Assembly: GCA_963742735.1 (NCBI GenBank)
Contig: CAVUMN010000003.1
Span: 864,001 to 928,000 of the forward strand
Direction of reading: 5' to 3'
DNA from: an uncultured Actinomycetes bacterium
GTDB taxonomy: Bacteria; Actinomycetota; UBA4738; JBBDTT01
Length of the DNA stretch: 64,000 nucleotides
The notes beneath the pieces are model-generated. The model had not been told where the DNA came from and ran no database searches. It saw nothing but the letters and a program-made list of their open reading frames with translations. The translations under genes and the position numbers were made by a program. Below are positions 29,003-37,932 of the stretch, piece by piece (within the stretch, counting starts at the first letter, position 1; every line of letters begins with the position of its first letter).

Positions 29003-30394
29003 GTGCGGCTGTTCAACACCCTGACCAAGCAGGTCGACGAGCTGAGGCCGGTCGAGCCGGGGATCGTGACGTCCTACTCGTGCGGACCGACCGTCTACCG
29101 GTACGTGCACATCGGGAACCTGCGGACGTTCCTGTTCGGTGACGTCCTCCGCCGCGCGCTCGAGCTCGAGGGCCAGCAGGTCAAGTTCGTCATCAACATC
29201 ACAGACGTCGGGCACATGACCGACGAGGTCTCCGACGCCGGCCGCGACCGGATGGACCTCTCCGTCCAGGACGAGGGCCTCTCCCCCGACGAGATCGCGG
29301 AGAAGTACACCAAGGCGTACCTGGAGGACACCGACGCCATCGGGATCCGGCGCGCCGACGCGTACCCGAAGGCTACCGACCACATCCAGGACATGCTCGA
29401 GCTCATCGAGCGCCTCATCGAGCGCGGTCACGCCTACGTGGTCGGCGGCAGCGTCTACTTCGACGTCCATTCGTTCCCCGGCTACGGGAAGCTCTCCGGC
29501 AACACGATCGAGAACCTCCGCGCCGGCCATCGCCAGATCGAGCACGACCCGAACAAGCGCCACCCCGAGGACTTCGCGCTGTGGAAGGAGGCCGGGTCCA
29601 GCCGCCTCATGAAGTGGGACAGCCCCTGGGGCGTCGGCTTCCCGGGCTGGCACATCGAGTGCTCCGCCATGTCGATGAAGCACCTCGGCGAGCGCTTCGA
29701 CATCCACATCGGGGGGACCGACCTGCGCTTCCCGCACCACGAGGACGAGATCGCCCAGTCCGAGGGCGCCGTCGGCCACGAGGTGATCAGCGTCTGGCTG
29801 CACACGGGCTTCCTCAACCTCTCCGGGCTGAAGATGTCCAAGTCGAAGGGGAACGTCGTACGGATCGGCGATCTGGTCGAGGAGTTCGGCGTCGACCCGC
29901 TCAGCTTCCGCTACCTGTGCTTCCAGACGCGCTACCGTAGCGAGATGGACTTCTCGGCCGAGGCCCTCCAGGGCGCGGACCGAACCGTGAAGCGCCTCCG
30001 CCAGCGCATGGTCGAATGGGCCGGCGACGCACGTGATGGGCTCTCCCCCGCCGCCAAGGACCTGGACTCGCGGTTCCGCGAGGCGCTGTCGGAAGACCTC
30101 GATCTCCCCGCCGCGATGACCGTGCTCGCCGAGACCGTCTCGTCGGCCGACGCGAGCGGCGGCGACAAGTTCCAGCTGCTCTCGGAGTGGGATTCGGTGC
30201 TCGGCCTGGACCTGGCCCGGGAGGTCGGCGCCGGCGAGCTCCCCGCCGAGGTCACCGACCTCGCCGCCGAGCGCGACCGGGCCCGCGCCGACAAGGACTT
30301 CGCGAAGTCCGACGAGATCCGCGACCGCCTGGCCGGGATGGGCTACGAGGTCATGGACACCGCGGAAGGGACGAAGGTCCGTCGCCGGCTGTAG
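29003..30394 (+). CDS. cysS: Cysteinyl-tRNA synthetase
   Basis: CGPTVY, HIGN, NITDVGH, DFALWK, PGWHIEC, HHEDE, KMSKS. Confidence 0.97.
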   Translation: MRLFNTLTKQVDELRPVEPGIVTSYSCGPTVYRYVHIGNLRTFLFGDVLRRALELEGQQVKFVINITDVGHMTDEVSDAGRDRMDLSVQDEGLSPDEIAEKYTKAYLEDTDAIGIRRADAYPKATDHIQDMLELIERLIERGHAYVVGGSVYFDVHSFPGYGKLSGNTIENLRAGHRQIEHDPNKRHPEDFALWKEAGSSRLMKWDSPWGVGFPGWHIECSAMSMKHLGERFDIHIGGTDLRFPHHEDEIAQSEGAVGHEVISVWLHTGFLNLSGLKMSKSKGNVVRIGDLVEEFGVDPLSFRYLCFQTRYRSEMDFSAEALQGADRTVKRLRQRMVEWAGDARDGLSPAAKDLDSRFREALSEDLDLPAAMTVLAETVSSADASGGDKFQLLSEWDSVLGLDLAREVGAGELPAEVTDLAAERDRARADKDFAKSDEIRDRLAGMGYEVMDTAEGTKVRRRL

Positions 30395-30398
30395 ACCG

Positions 30399-31565
30399 TC
30401 AAGGCGGCGCGCGGTCCTCCGTGACCGCTCGAGAGGGCCGGTTGAACACTGGACGTCCGGATTCCATCCGAACCGTCAACTCGCCCCGATGGACCCGGCC
30501 ATGGTGAAGACGGCATAGGAGGGCGAGGTTCCCTACGGTGGTGGCGCCGCCGTGGATCCAGTGCTGCACGTGGTGCGCCTCGCACCAACCCACGCCACGG
30601 TCGCATGACGGAGCCGAGCAGCCGCCGTCACGAACCTCGAGCGCGTGGCGGATCGGGCTCGACACGATCGGCGTCCGACGGCCCACGTCGAGCACCTCCG
30701 AGCGGCCGCGCGTGACGACACGAACGAGCGACGCGTCACACGAGAGCCGTCGAAGCGCCTGCTTCGTGAGGGCGCCGACATCCGCGAACCGGGCGGGCTC
30801 GCTCGAGGCCTCCGCCAGCGTCGCCACATCGACCGTGACCACCAGTTCCGCGCCACCACGGCCTCGCCCGGTCGGTCGTCCGAACGCTCGGCAGACCTCA
30901 ACGAACGCGTCCGCGCGCCTCTGCGCCGGCGTCCGATCGTCCCCCGGTCGGGGAGGCGGACTGGCCGCCCGGATCGCCGTAATCACGCTCTGCCCGGATT
31001 CGGGGTCGAGCTCGCCGTCGATGCGGACCATCCCCAATTCGGTCTGGCGTATGAACAACCGCCGCCGCTCGAAGCGCCGGTTCGCTTCTCGCTGAGCCCG
31101 GTCGGCATCCACCGCCTGCTCCCACGATTCGAGCGTCCGCCGCAGCCCCGTCGCGCCGAGAACTCGGGCCGCGTCTACCAAGGCGGCCTCCGAGCGAGAG
31201 AAGTCTTGAGGAGACGCCTCCCGGGCCGCGACGAGACCGTGCACGGCAAAGGTGGACAGTTGGCCCTGCGCGAGCGCCTCGCGGGCGACCGGCATGTCCT
31301 CGAGCGCACGGGCACAACGCGCGTCCGAGGCGGCCCTGCCGAAGGGCTCGTTGAATACGTCGGCAACCCAGGCTCCGGCCGACGTGTGGCCCGACCGCTG
31401 ATGGAGGGCCCGGCGGTCGCACTCGGCCAGCCGCCGAAGCCGCTCCGCCTCGAGGATCCGCACCCCGCGCTGCAGCTCGCCCAGGTCCTCCTGGAGCTGG
31501 TCGTCACCGACCACTCCGAGGTCCTCCGACCGAAGCTCGTCCAGTGCCGACCGCAGCCCGCTCAC
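30399..31565 (-). CDS. DUF222 (13E12-like) protein with C-terminal HNH endonuclease
   Basis: QRRADA, RRLSCDA, LDVGR, RDGGCSAPSC, CEAHHVQHW, NLALLCRLHH. SD GAGGAGG precedes the GTG. Confidence 0.88.
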   Translation of the reverse strand: MSGLRSALDELRSEDLGVVGDDQLQEDLGELQRGVRILEAERLRRLAECDRRALHQRSGHTSAGAWVADVFNEPFGRAASDARCARALEDMPVAREALAQGQLSTFAVHGLVAAREASPQDFSRSEAALVDAARVLGATGLRRTLESWEQAVDADRAQREANRRFERRRLFIRQTELGMVRIDGELDPESGQSVITAIRAASPPPRPGDDRTPAQRRADAFVEVCRAFGRPTGRGRGGAELVVTVDVATLAEASSEPARFADVGALTKQALRRLSCDASLVRVVTRGRSEVLDVGRRTPIVSSPIRHALEVRDGGCSAPSCDRGVGWCEAHHVQHWIHGGATTVGNLALLCRLHHGRVHRGELTVRMESGRPVFNRPSRAVTEDRAPP

Positions 31566-31593
31566 GGGCGACCCTCCTCGAACATCCCCGCGA

Positions 31594-31615
31594 AACGTAG
31601 CAGCACCTACTGACA
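31594..31615 (-). promoter_or_regulatory. PafBC-dependent (RecA-NDp-type) DNA-damage promoter
   Basis: TGTCAG-taggtgctgc(10 nt)-TACGTT matches the mycobacterial TGTC(G/A)G-N10-TANNNT motif. Confidence 0.7.
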
Positions 31616-31628
31616 CAACCGCCGGCCG

Positions 31629-32642
31629 TCAGCCCCGTCGGCGCGTCCGCATTTTCCTCGCGGCGAGGTCCTGGCGGTACCACGCCACCGTCTCGGGGAG
31701 ACCCTCGTCCAGCGAGCGAGGCGCGTACCCCAGCCGTTCCGTCGTCCGCGCGTGGGAGTAGGCGAACGACTTGTCCTCGGCGGAGGTGATGCCCTCCTTC
31801 AGGAACCGCGGGCCGAACCCGGCCAGCCGGGTGAACGGGCCCGAGACCGGCGCGAGGATCTTCAGCGCTCTCGTGGGAACCGTGAACCGCGGGGGGTTGC
31901 GTCCCGCGGCGGCGGCGGCCTTGCCGAGGACCTCCTTCATGCTGGCGACCTCGCCGCCGAGCACGAACTCCTCACCCGGCTTGCCCTTGTCCATGGCCAG
32001 GATGTGGCCCCGGGCGACGTCGTCCACATGGACCCACGTGAAGCCTCCCTCATCCATGGCGGAGGCCACCATCAGGCCCCGGATGATGAGCTTGATCGCG
32101 CTGGCCACCACGGAGGCGTCCTTCGGTCCGTAGGTGGCGCCCGGCATGACCGTGACCACCGGGAGCCCATCCGCGGCCGCTGCCGCGGCCAGGCGGTGCG
32201 CCTCGTGCTTCGACTCCGCGTACCAGGAGCCCAGGTTCTCGGCCCTTCCGAACCGGGGCTCCGGGACCTCGGCCGCGGCGTGTGGTTCAAGGACGCCGCA
32301 GGTGGAGCAGTAGACGAGCTTCGGCAGGCCGGTCGCTTTCGCTGCCTCCAGCACGTTGCGCGTCCCATCGACGTTGATGTGGAACATCCGCTCGCGGTCG
32401 CCCACGCCGATCTCGTACCAGGCCGCCACGTGGAACCCGCCGTCGGTGCCCTCCATCGAGCGCACCACCGAGGCCTTGTCGGTGATGTCACCCGCGGCGA
32501 TCTCCGCGCCCGCCGCCACCAGCCGGCGCGTGTCGCTGGTGTGCCGGGCCAGCGCGACCACGTCATGGCCGTCCTCGCGCAGCATCTCCGCCAGGCGGCC
32601 TCCGACGAAGCCGGTTCCACCCGAGAGCCAGTAGCGGCTCAC
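31629..32642 (-). CDS. NAD-dependent epimerase/dehydratase (extended SDR)
   Basis: GGTGFVG, HVAA, NVDGT, YAESK, VHVDDVA. Confidence 0.9.
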   Translation of the reverse strand: MSRYWLSGGTGFVGGRLAEMLREDGHDVVALARHTSDTRRLVAAGAEIAAGDITDKASVVRSMEGTDGGFHVAAWYEIGVGDRERMFHINVDGTRNVLEAAKATGLPKLVYCSTCGVLEPHAAAEVPEPRFGRAENLGSWYAESKHEAHRLAAAAAADGLPVVTVMPGATYGPKDASVVASAIKLIIRGLMVASAMDEGGFTWVHVDDVARGHILAMDKGKPGEEFVLGGEVASMKEVLGKAAAAAGRNPPRFTVPTRALKILAPVSGPFTRLAGFGPRFLKEGITSAEDKSFAYSHARTTERLGYAPRSLDEGLPETVAWYRQDLAARKMRTRRRG

Positions 32643-33598
32643 GAGATGGCCGCTTCGAGGGTCTCGTCGGCGCCGGCGAATCCGTCGTGCGCCCGGATGG
32701 GGGTGGGAGCCGGCAGACTGGCGCCGGCCTCGCGGTACTCCTCGATCTTGGCCTTGATCGCGGCCGCGTCCCCGACGGCGATGTAGGCGTCGCAGAACGC
32801 GTCGGAGACCGCCTCGATCCCGCCGGCGTCGAACGCGTCGAGCTCGTTCTGGAAGCCGCCGTTGGCGATCTCCTTGCGGTAGTTCGGCAGCTGCAGGTAC
32901 GTGACGGCGAACTCCTTGAACTTCGCGCGCGCGGCGTCCGGGTCCTCGGTGAGGGCCACCGGGACGGCCGCCACGACGTCGAACTCGGCCGGGTCGCGGC
33001 CCTCCGCCCTGAGGGCCTCGTCCAGGACGGGCCGGATCGAGTCGCGGATCACCGACGGCGAGCACATCCACAGGACGGTGCCGTTGGCGACCTTCGCCGC
33101 CAGCTTCAGCATCCGGGGGCCCATGGCGGCGAACCAGATCGGGAGGTCGGGCCGCGGCCCCGATGCGGACATGTACCGAGCGGTGTAGAAGCGGCCCTCC
33201 CGCATTGTGGAGCCGGTCTTCAGGATGTCGTTGACGATCGCGGTGTACTCCTCCATCCGCGCCGCCGGATGGTCGTAGGTGAGGCCCCACATCTGCTCGA
33301 CCGTGATCGAGTGGCTGATGCCCATACCCAGCGTGAACCGGCCCCCCGAGGCCTCGTCGAGCGTGGCCGCCTCCATCGCCAGCTGCACCGGGTGACGGGT
33401 CGGGATCGGCACCACCCCGGTGGCCAGTCGGATGCGCTCGGTGCGATTCGCGTACGCGGCCAGGACCTGCAGCGGGTCCCGGAAGATCGTCTGCGTGCAG
33501 ACGAGCGCCTCGTAGCCGAGCGACTCGGCCAGGCGTGCGCGGTCGTACGCCTCATCCAGGGAACGGCCGGGATCGAGGAAGGACGCCAGGCGGGCCAT
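32639..33598 (-). CDS. LLM-class (possibly F420-dependent) oxidoreductase
   Basis: TERIRLATGV, RHPVQLA, SGGRFTLGMG, AAMGPRML. Confidence 0.88.
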   Translation of the reverse strand: MARLASFLDPGRSLDEAYDRARLAESLGYEALVCTQTIFRDPLQVLAAYANRTERIRLATGVVPIPTRHPVQLAMEAATLDEASGGRFTLGMGISHSITVEQMWGLTYDHPAARMEEYTAIVNDILKTGSTMREGRFYTARYMSASGPRPDLPIWFAAMGPRMLKLAAKVANGTVLWMCSPSVIRDSIRPVLDEALRAEGRDPAEFDVVAAVPVALTEDPDAARAKFKEFAVTYLQLPNYRKEIANGGFQNELDAFDAGGIEAVSDAFCDAYIAVGDAAAIKAKIEEYREAGASLPAPTPIRAHDGFAGADETLEAAIS

Positions 33599-33619
33599 GG
33601 CCCGCTATCGTACCGTCCG

Positions 33620-34045
33620 GTGGCCGACGACCCTGTCTCGCCAGGTGGGAGCTCCAACCCCAGGCTTCCGTGGGTACTCTTCGCAGCCGCCGTCGCGTTC
33701 GCCGTCCTCGCCACCACGGGCTTCATCTACCTGCTGGGCAAGAGCACGACCGGGCCCGTAGAGGTGCTGCGCGCCTTCTACCAGGCGGCTCGCGAGGGTG
33801 ACTGCGAGGAGGCCTATTCCTATCTGGTGGAGCACTGGCAAGCCCAGCAGAGTGAATCCGAGTGGTGCAGTCAGAGTCTCCCGGAATTCGAGGCGCCAGT
33901 CTCTTTCGAGGTCGTCCGAGTCACTCTGAAGGGAGACACCGCCATCGTCCTGCTCCGCCTGCCGGACGGAAGCATGCGCGGAGAGAACCTTGAGCGAGAG
34001 GGCTCAACCTGGCGGATCGGGTTCACCCCCGACGGAGAGCCCTAG
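33620..34045 (+). CDS. Hypothetical membrane-anchored protein (NTF2-like ectodomain)
   Basis: One TM helix, then FYQAAREGDCEEAY...EGSTWRI. Confidence 0.6.
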   Translation: MADDPVSPGGSSNPRLPWVLFAAAVAFAVLATTGFIYLLGKSTTGPVEVLRAFYQAAREGDCEEAYSYLVEHWQAQQSESEWCSQSLPEFEAPVSFEVVRVTLKGDTAIVLLRLPDGSMRGENLEREGSTWRIGFTPDGEP

Positions 34046-35223
34046 CCGGCGACGCCGAGGGTCTTGGCGATGTTCGTGCGCAGGATCTCGCTGGTGCCCT
34101 CGTACAGGCGCATCGCGCGGACCTCTCGAACCCAGGCCTCGATGCCCAGCTCGGTCATGAACCCGTTGCCGCCGTGGATCTGGATGGCCCGGTCGGCGAC
34201 GCGGCCGACCATCTCGGTGGCCACCAGCTTGGCCAGCGCCGCTTCCCGCCGGCCGTCGGCGCCGTTGTCGATGTCGTCGGCCAGCTTGTAGACGAGCAGC
34301 CGGGCCTGCTCGAGCTCCGCGTAGGAGTCGACCAGGTGTCCCTGCACGAACTGGTTCGCCGAGATCGGCCGCTCGAAGGCGACCCGGTCGTTGGAGTACT
34401 CCATGGACCGACCCAGGAGGTAGTCGGCGATCCCCAGGGCGTTGCCGGCGATCTGCATCCGCGCGCCGTTGATGCCCTTGACCGCGGAGTAGAACCCGTA
34501 GCCGACATCGCCGAGGACGTTCTCGCCCGGGACCTCGACGTTCTCGAACGTCAGCTCGGCGGGCATCGTCCACGGCGACATGGTGCGCTGCATCCGGGAC
34601 ACGGAGTAGCCGGGCGAGTCCGCGTCGACCAGGAACGCCGTGATGCCGCCCCGCGCGCGCTTCTCGGAGTCGGTGACCGCGAACACCAGCGCGAAGTCCG
34701 CGTAGTCGCCGCCGGTGATGAAGTGCTTGCGTCCGTTCAGGATCCAGCTCCCGTTCTTCTTCTCGGCCCGGGTCTGGATGCGCGTGGCGTCGGAGCCGGC
34801 CATCGGCTCGGTGAGGGCGAAGCAGGTCGTCTTGTCGGCGCGGACCAGCGGGGCCAGGTACTTCTCCTTCTGCTCGGGCGTGCAGTCCAGGTAGATCGGC
34901 GTTGGGCCGGTCACCACGGGCAGGACCGCCTCGTTGCCGGAGATGACTGTCCCGTCGCGATGCAGTTCCCCGTGGAGCATCACCTGACCGAGCAGCGAGA
35001 GGCCGCCGCCGCCGACCTCCTCGGGCATGTGCAGCGAGTAGAACCCGAGCTCCGCCGAGCGCTTCCGGAGCTTCATCCGGTCCTCTTTCATGCCCTCGTA
35101 GACCGAGGTGTCGAGGATCTCCTCGCGGTGCTCGTCCTCGAGCGGCTTCACCTCGCGCGCGATGAACTGGCGCAGCGTGTCTCGAAGCTCGACGAGCTCC
35201 TCGGGAATGTTCACCAGGGCCAC
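34042..35223 (-). CDS. Acyl-CoA dehydrogenase
   Basis: FALTEPMAGSD, GRKHFIT, RVAF, QIHGGNG, LYEGTSEI. Confidence 0.92.
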   Translation of the reverse strand: MALVNIPEELVELRDTLRQFIAREVKPLEDEHREEILDTSVYEGMKEDRMKLRKRSAELGFYSLHMPEEVGGGGLSLLGQVMLHGELHRDGTVISGNEAVLPVVTGPTPIYLDCTPEQKEKYLAPLVRADKTTCFALTEPMAGSDATRIQTRAEKKNGSWILNGRKHFITGGDYADFALVFAVTDSEKRARGGITAFLVDADSPGYSVSRMQRTMSPWTMPAELTFENVEVPGENVLGDVGYGFYSAVKGINGARMQIAGNALGIADYLLGRSMEYSNDRVAFERPISANQFVQGHLVDSYAELEQARLLVYKLADDIDNGADGRREAALAKLVATEMVGRVADRAIQIHGGNGFMTELGIEAWVREVRAMRLYEGTSEILRTNIAKTLGVAG

Positions 35224-35262
35224 GGCGGGACCTCCTCTAGTGTCCGAAGGCGGGGCTATAAC

Positions 35263-35276
35263 CTACCACTGGGTAG
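35263..35276. promoter_or_regulatory. Palindromic operator candidate upstream of the acyl-CoA dehydrogenase
   Basis: CTACC-ACTG-GGTAG overlapping a minus-strand TAGGTT -10 candidate. Confidence 0.4.
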
Positions 35277-35286
35277 CCTCGTCCCG

Positions 35287-36384
35287 TCAGCTCACGACCT
35301 GGAGATCCCGGGGGGCGTGGTTGAGCCGCTGGGCGCCGGTCGCCGTCACCGTGACGATGTCCTCGATGCGCACGCCGAACGCGCCCTCCATGTAGATCCC
35401 CGGCTCGATCGAGAAGCACATCCCCTCGCGCAGCGGCTCCTGGTTGCCGGTCACGATCCACGGCGGCTCGTGCTCCTCGAGGCCGATCCCGTGCCCGGTT
35501 CGATGGATGAACCGGTCCCCGTAGCCGGACATGTGGATCACCTCGCGGGCGGCGAAGTCGACCTCCTCGGCGGGCACACCCGGCTTGATGGCGTTGAACG
35601 CCGCCTCCTGCGCCTCGGCGACGATCTCGTAGACCTGGCCGAACTCCTTCGACGTCTGTCCGACGGAGACGGTCCTGGTCATGTCGGAGCAGTAGCCCCC
35701 CACCCGGCCCCCGAAGTCCATGACCACCCCGTCCCCGCCGCGGATCCCCCGCCCCCCGGGCTCGTGATGGGGCGAGGCCCCGTTCGGCCCGGCGGCGACG
35801 ATCGTGAAGTTGACCCGGTCGTGGCCGGTCTCCACGAGCAGCGAGCCGAGCCGCTCCGCCAGCTCCTCCTCGCGGTGACCTTCGAAGCGGGTCTCGATCA
35901 CGCGGTGGAACACCTCGTCGGCGCCGCGAGCAGCCCGGCGGAGCGTGTCGATCTCGTCCTGGTCCTTGATGGCCCGGAGGCCGGCGATGACCGGCGAGCC
36001 CGGCTCGAACACCGTCTCCCCCACCTGCGACTGGAGGCGCAGCAGCTGCGAGGCCCACATCCGGTCGGACACGCCGACCCGGCCACCCCCCCGGAGCACC
36101 GACGCCAGGCGCTCGAAGGGCTCCTCGCCGTCCTTCCACGGGACCAGCTCCGCGACCTGGCCGAGGCCCGCCGCCTCGGCGCGGGGCCGCTCCAGCTCGG
36201 GGACCAGCATGGCCGGGGCCCGGTCGGGCCGGAGCACCAGCGCGGTCAGCCGCTCCAGCGGCGGAGGGTCGTAGCCGGTCAGGTAGATCAGGTCGGCCGA
36301 GGGGGTCACGACGAGCGCGTCGAGGCCCGCCCGCGCGAGCTCCCGCGCGGCGCGGTCGATCCGGCTCCCCAGGTTCTGCGCCAC
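35287..36384 (-). CDS. Xaa-Pro peptidase (M24B)
   Basis: PHH, DFGG, SDMTRT, HRTGHGIG, EPGIY, RIED. Confidence 0.92.
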   Translation of the reverse strand: MAQNLGSRIDRAARELARAGLDALVVTPSADLIYLTGYDPPPLERLTALVLRPDRAPAMLVPELERPRAEAAGLGQVAELVPWKDGEEPFERLASVLRGGGRVGVSDRMWASQLLRLQSQVGETVFEPGSPVIAGLRAIKDQDEIDTLRRAARGADEVFHRVIETRFEGHREEELAERLGSLLVETGHDRVNFTIVAAGPNGASPHHEPGGRGIRGGDGVVMDFGGRVGGYCSDMTRTVSVGQTSKEFGQVYEIVAEAQEAAFNAIKPGVPAEEVDFAAREVIHMSGYGDRFIHRTGHGIGLEEHEPPWIVTGNQEPLREGMCFSIEPGIYMEGAFGVRIEDIVTVTATGAQRLNHAPRDLQVVS

Positions 36385-36416
36385 GCCGCAAAGGATAGGT
36401 GCCAGAATCCCGCGCC

Positions 36417-37928
36417 GTGTTCGAGTTCTCCGCGCGCACCCGTCAGACGGCCCTGGAACGGCTCGCGGACGAGCGTCTTGACGTCCTGGTGGTCGGGGGC
36501 GGGGCCACGGGATGCGGGGTGGCGCTCGACGCGTCCACCCGCGGGCTGTCCACCGGCCTGGTCGAGCGCGAGGACTTCGCCTCGGGAACGAGCGGGCGCT
36601 CCAGCCGCCTGATCCACGGCGGGCTGCGGTACCTGCAGCACGGCGACCTCCGCGTCGTCTACGAGTCCCTGTTCGAGCGCGAGGTCCTCCGCAAGCTGGC
36701 CCCGAACCTGGTCCGGCCGCTGGCCAACTTCGTGCCCGCGGTGAAGCCTCAGCACCGGATCCCGCTGCGGACAGGCCTGCTGATCTACGAGACCATGGCG
36801 TGGGGCCGCAACATCCGCCGCCATCGGGTGGTCGACGCGCGGGAGGGCGCACGCCTGGCCCCCGGTCTGGCACGGCCGAGCGGCGGGATCGTCTACTACG
36901 ACTGCCGTACGGACGACGCACGCCTGACCCTGGAGAACGCCCGGGCGGCCGCCCGGGCGGGGGCGCTCGTCGCCAACCATGCCGCCGTCGAGGCCATCGA
37001 ACGCTGGACGCCCGGGTTTCGGGTCACCCTGCGCGACACGACCTCGGGGGCGAGCGTCCGGGTCTTCGCGAAGCTCGTGGTGAACGCGGGCGGGGTGTGG
37101 GCGGGACGGGTCCAGGCCCTGGCCGACTCGACGCCGGCGCGCCTGCAGCCCAGCAAGGGCGTGCACCTGGTGTTCCGGGCGGAGGACCTCCCCATCAACG
37201 CGTGCGTGGCCGCGCGCTCGGGCGCCCACGACGGGCGGTTCGTGTTCCTGGTGCCGTGGGGTCCCCGCGTCTACGCCGGGACCACGGACACGCCCTACGC
37301 CGGCGAGCTGGACGATCCCGCCGTCGACGAGGACGACGCCGAGTACCTCCTGCGCGGCATCAACCGGGCGTTCGGGACCTCGCTGACGACCGAGGACACC
37401 ACGGCCTCGTGGGCCGGGCTGCGCCCCCTGCTCGAGAACGCGAAGTCCGCGGCCACCCGGGACATCTCGCGGCGCCACGTGATCCTGGAGGATCCGCCCG
37501 GGCTCCTCACGATCACCGGGGGGAAGCTCACCACCTACCGGAAGATGGCGGAGGACGTGACCGACAGTCTGTGCCGACGCCTCGACGTCCGCGTCCGCTC
37601 GCGGACCCGGACGGTCCCGCTCGGCCTCTCCCGGCCGTTCCTGGCCGAGATGGGGCGGGCCGCCTCCGAGGCCGAGCGGTTCGGCCTGTCCCCCGACGCC
37701 GGCCGGCGCATGGTGGAGCGGTTCGGCGACGACTGGGACGAGGCCCTGGGGCGGATCCGAAACGACCCCGCGCTCGGGGAGCCGCTGGTCGAGGGGCTGC
37801 CGGTCCTGCGGGTCGAGGCGGACCTGGCGCGCGACCGCGAGATGGCGCTCACCGACGACGACGTGCTGATCCGGCGGACCCGGCTGACGACGATGGACGC
37901 GAAGGCGGCCGCGGCCGTGAAGCTCTGA
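36417..37928 (+). CDS. glpD: FAD-dependent glycerol-3-phosphate dehydrogenase/oxidase family
   Basis: GGGATG, GTSGRSSRLIHGGLRYL, DDARL, KGVH, GTTD, GLRPL, GGKLTTYR. Confidence 0.88.
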   Translation: MFEFSARTRQTALERLADERLDVLVVGGGATGCGVALDASTRGLSTGLVEREDFASGTSGRSSRLIHGGLRYLQHGDLRVVYESLFEREVLRKLAPNLVRPLANFVPAVKPQHRIPLRTGLLIYETMAWGRNIRRHRVVDAREGARLAPGLARPSGGIVYYDCRTDDARLTLENARAAARAGALVANHAAVEAIERWTPGFRVTLRDTTSGASVRVFAKLVVNAGGVWAGRVQALADSTPARLQPSKGVHLVFRAEDLPINACVAARSGAHDGRFVFLVPWGPRVYAGTTDTPYAGELDDPAVDEDDAEYLLRGINRAFGTSLTTEDTTASWAGLRPLLENAKSAATRDISRRHVILEDPPGLLTITGGKLTTYRKMAEDVTDSLCRRLDVRVRSRTRTVPLGLSRPFLAEMGRAASEAERFGLSPDAGRRMVERFGDDWDEALGRIRNDPALGEPLVEGLPVLRVEADLARDREMALTDDDVLIRRTRLTTMDAKAAAAVKL

Positions 37929-37932
37929 GCCG

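Noticed and set aside
31578-31593. LexA SOS box upstream of the HNH gene (TCGAAC half-site)
   Set aside because: The second half-site (CCGCGA) matches GTTCGA poorly, and the PafBC motif explains the region better.
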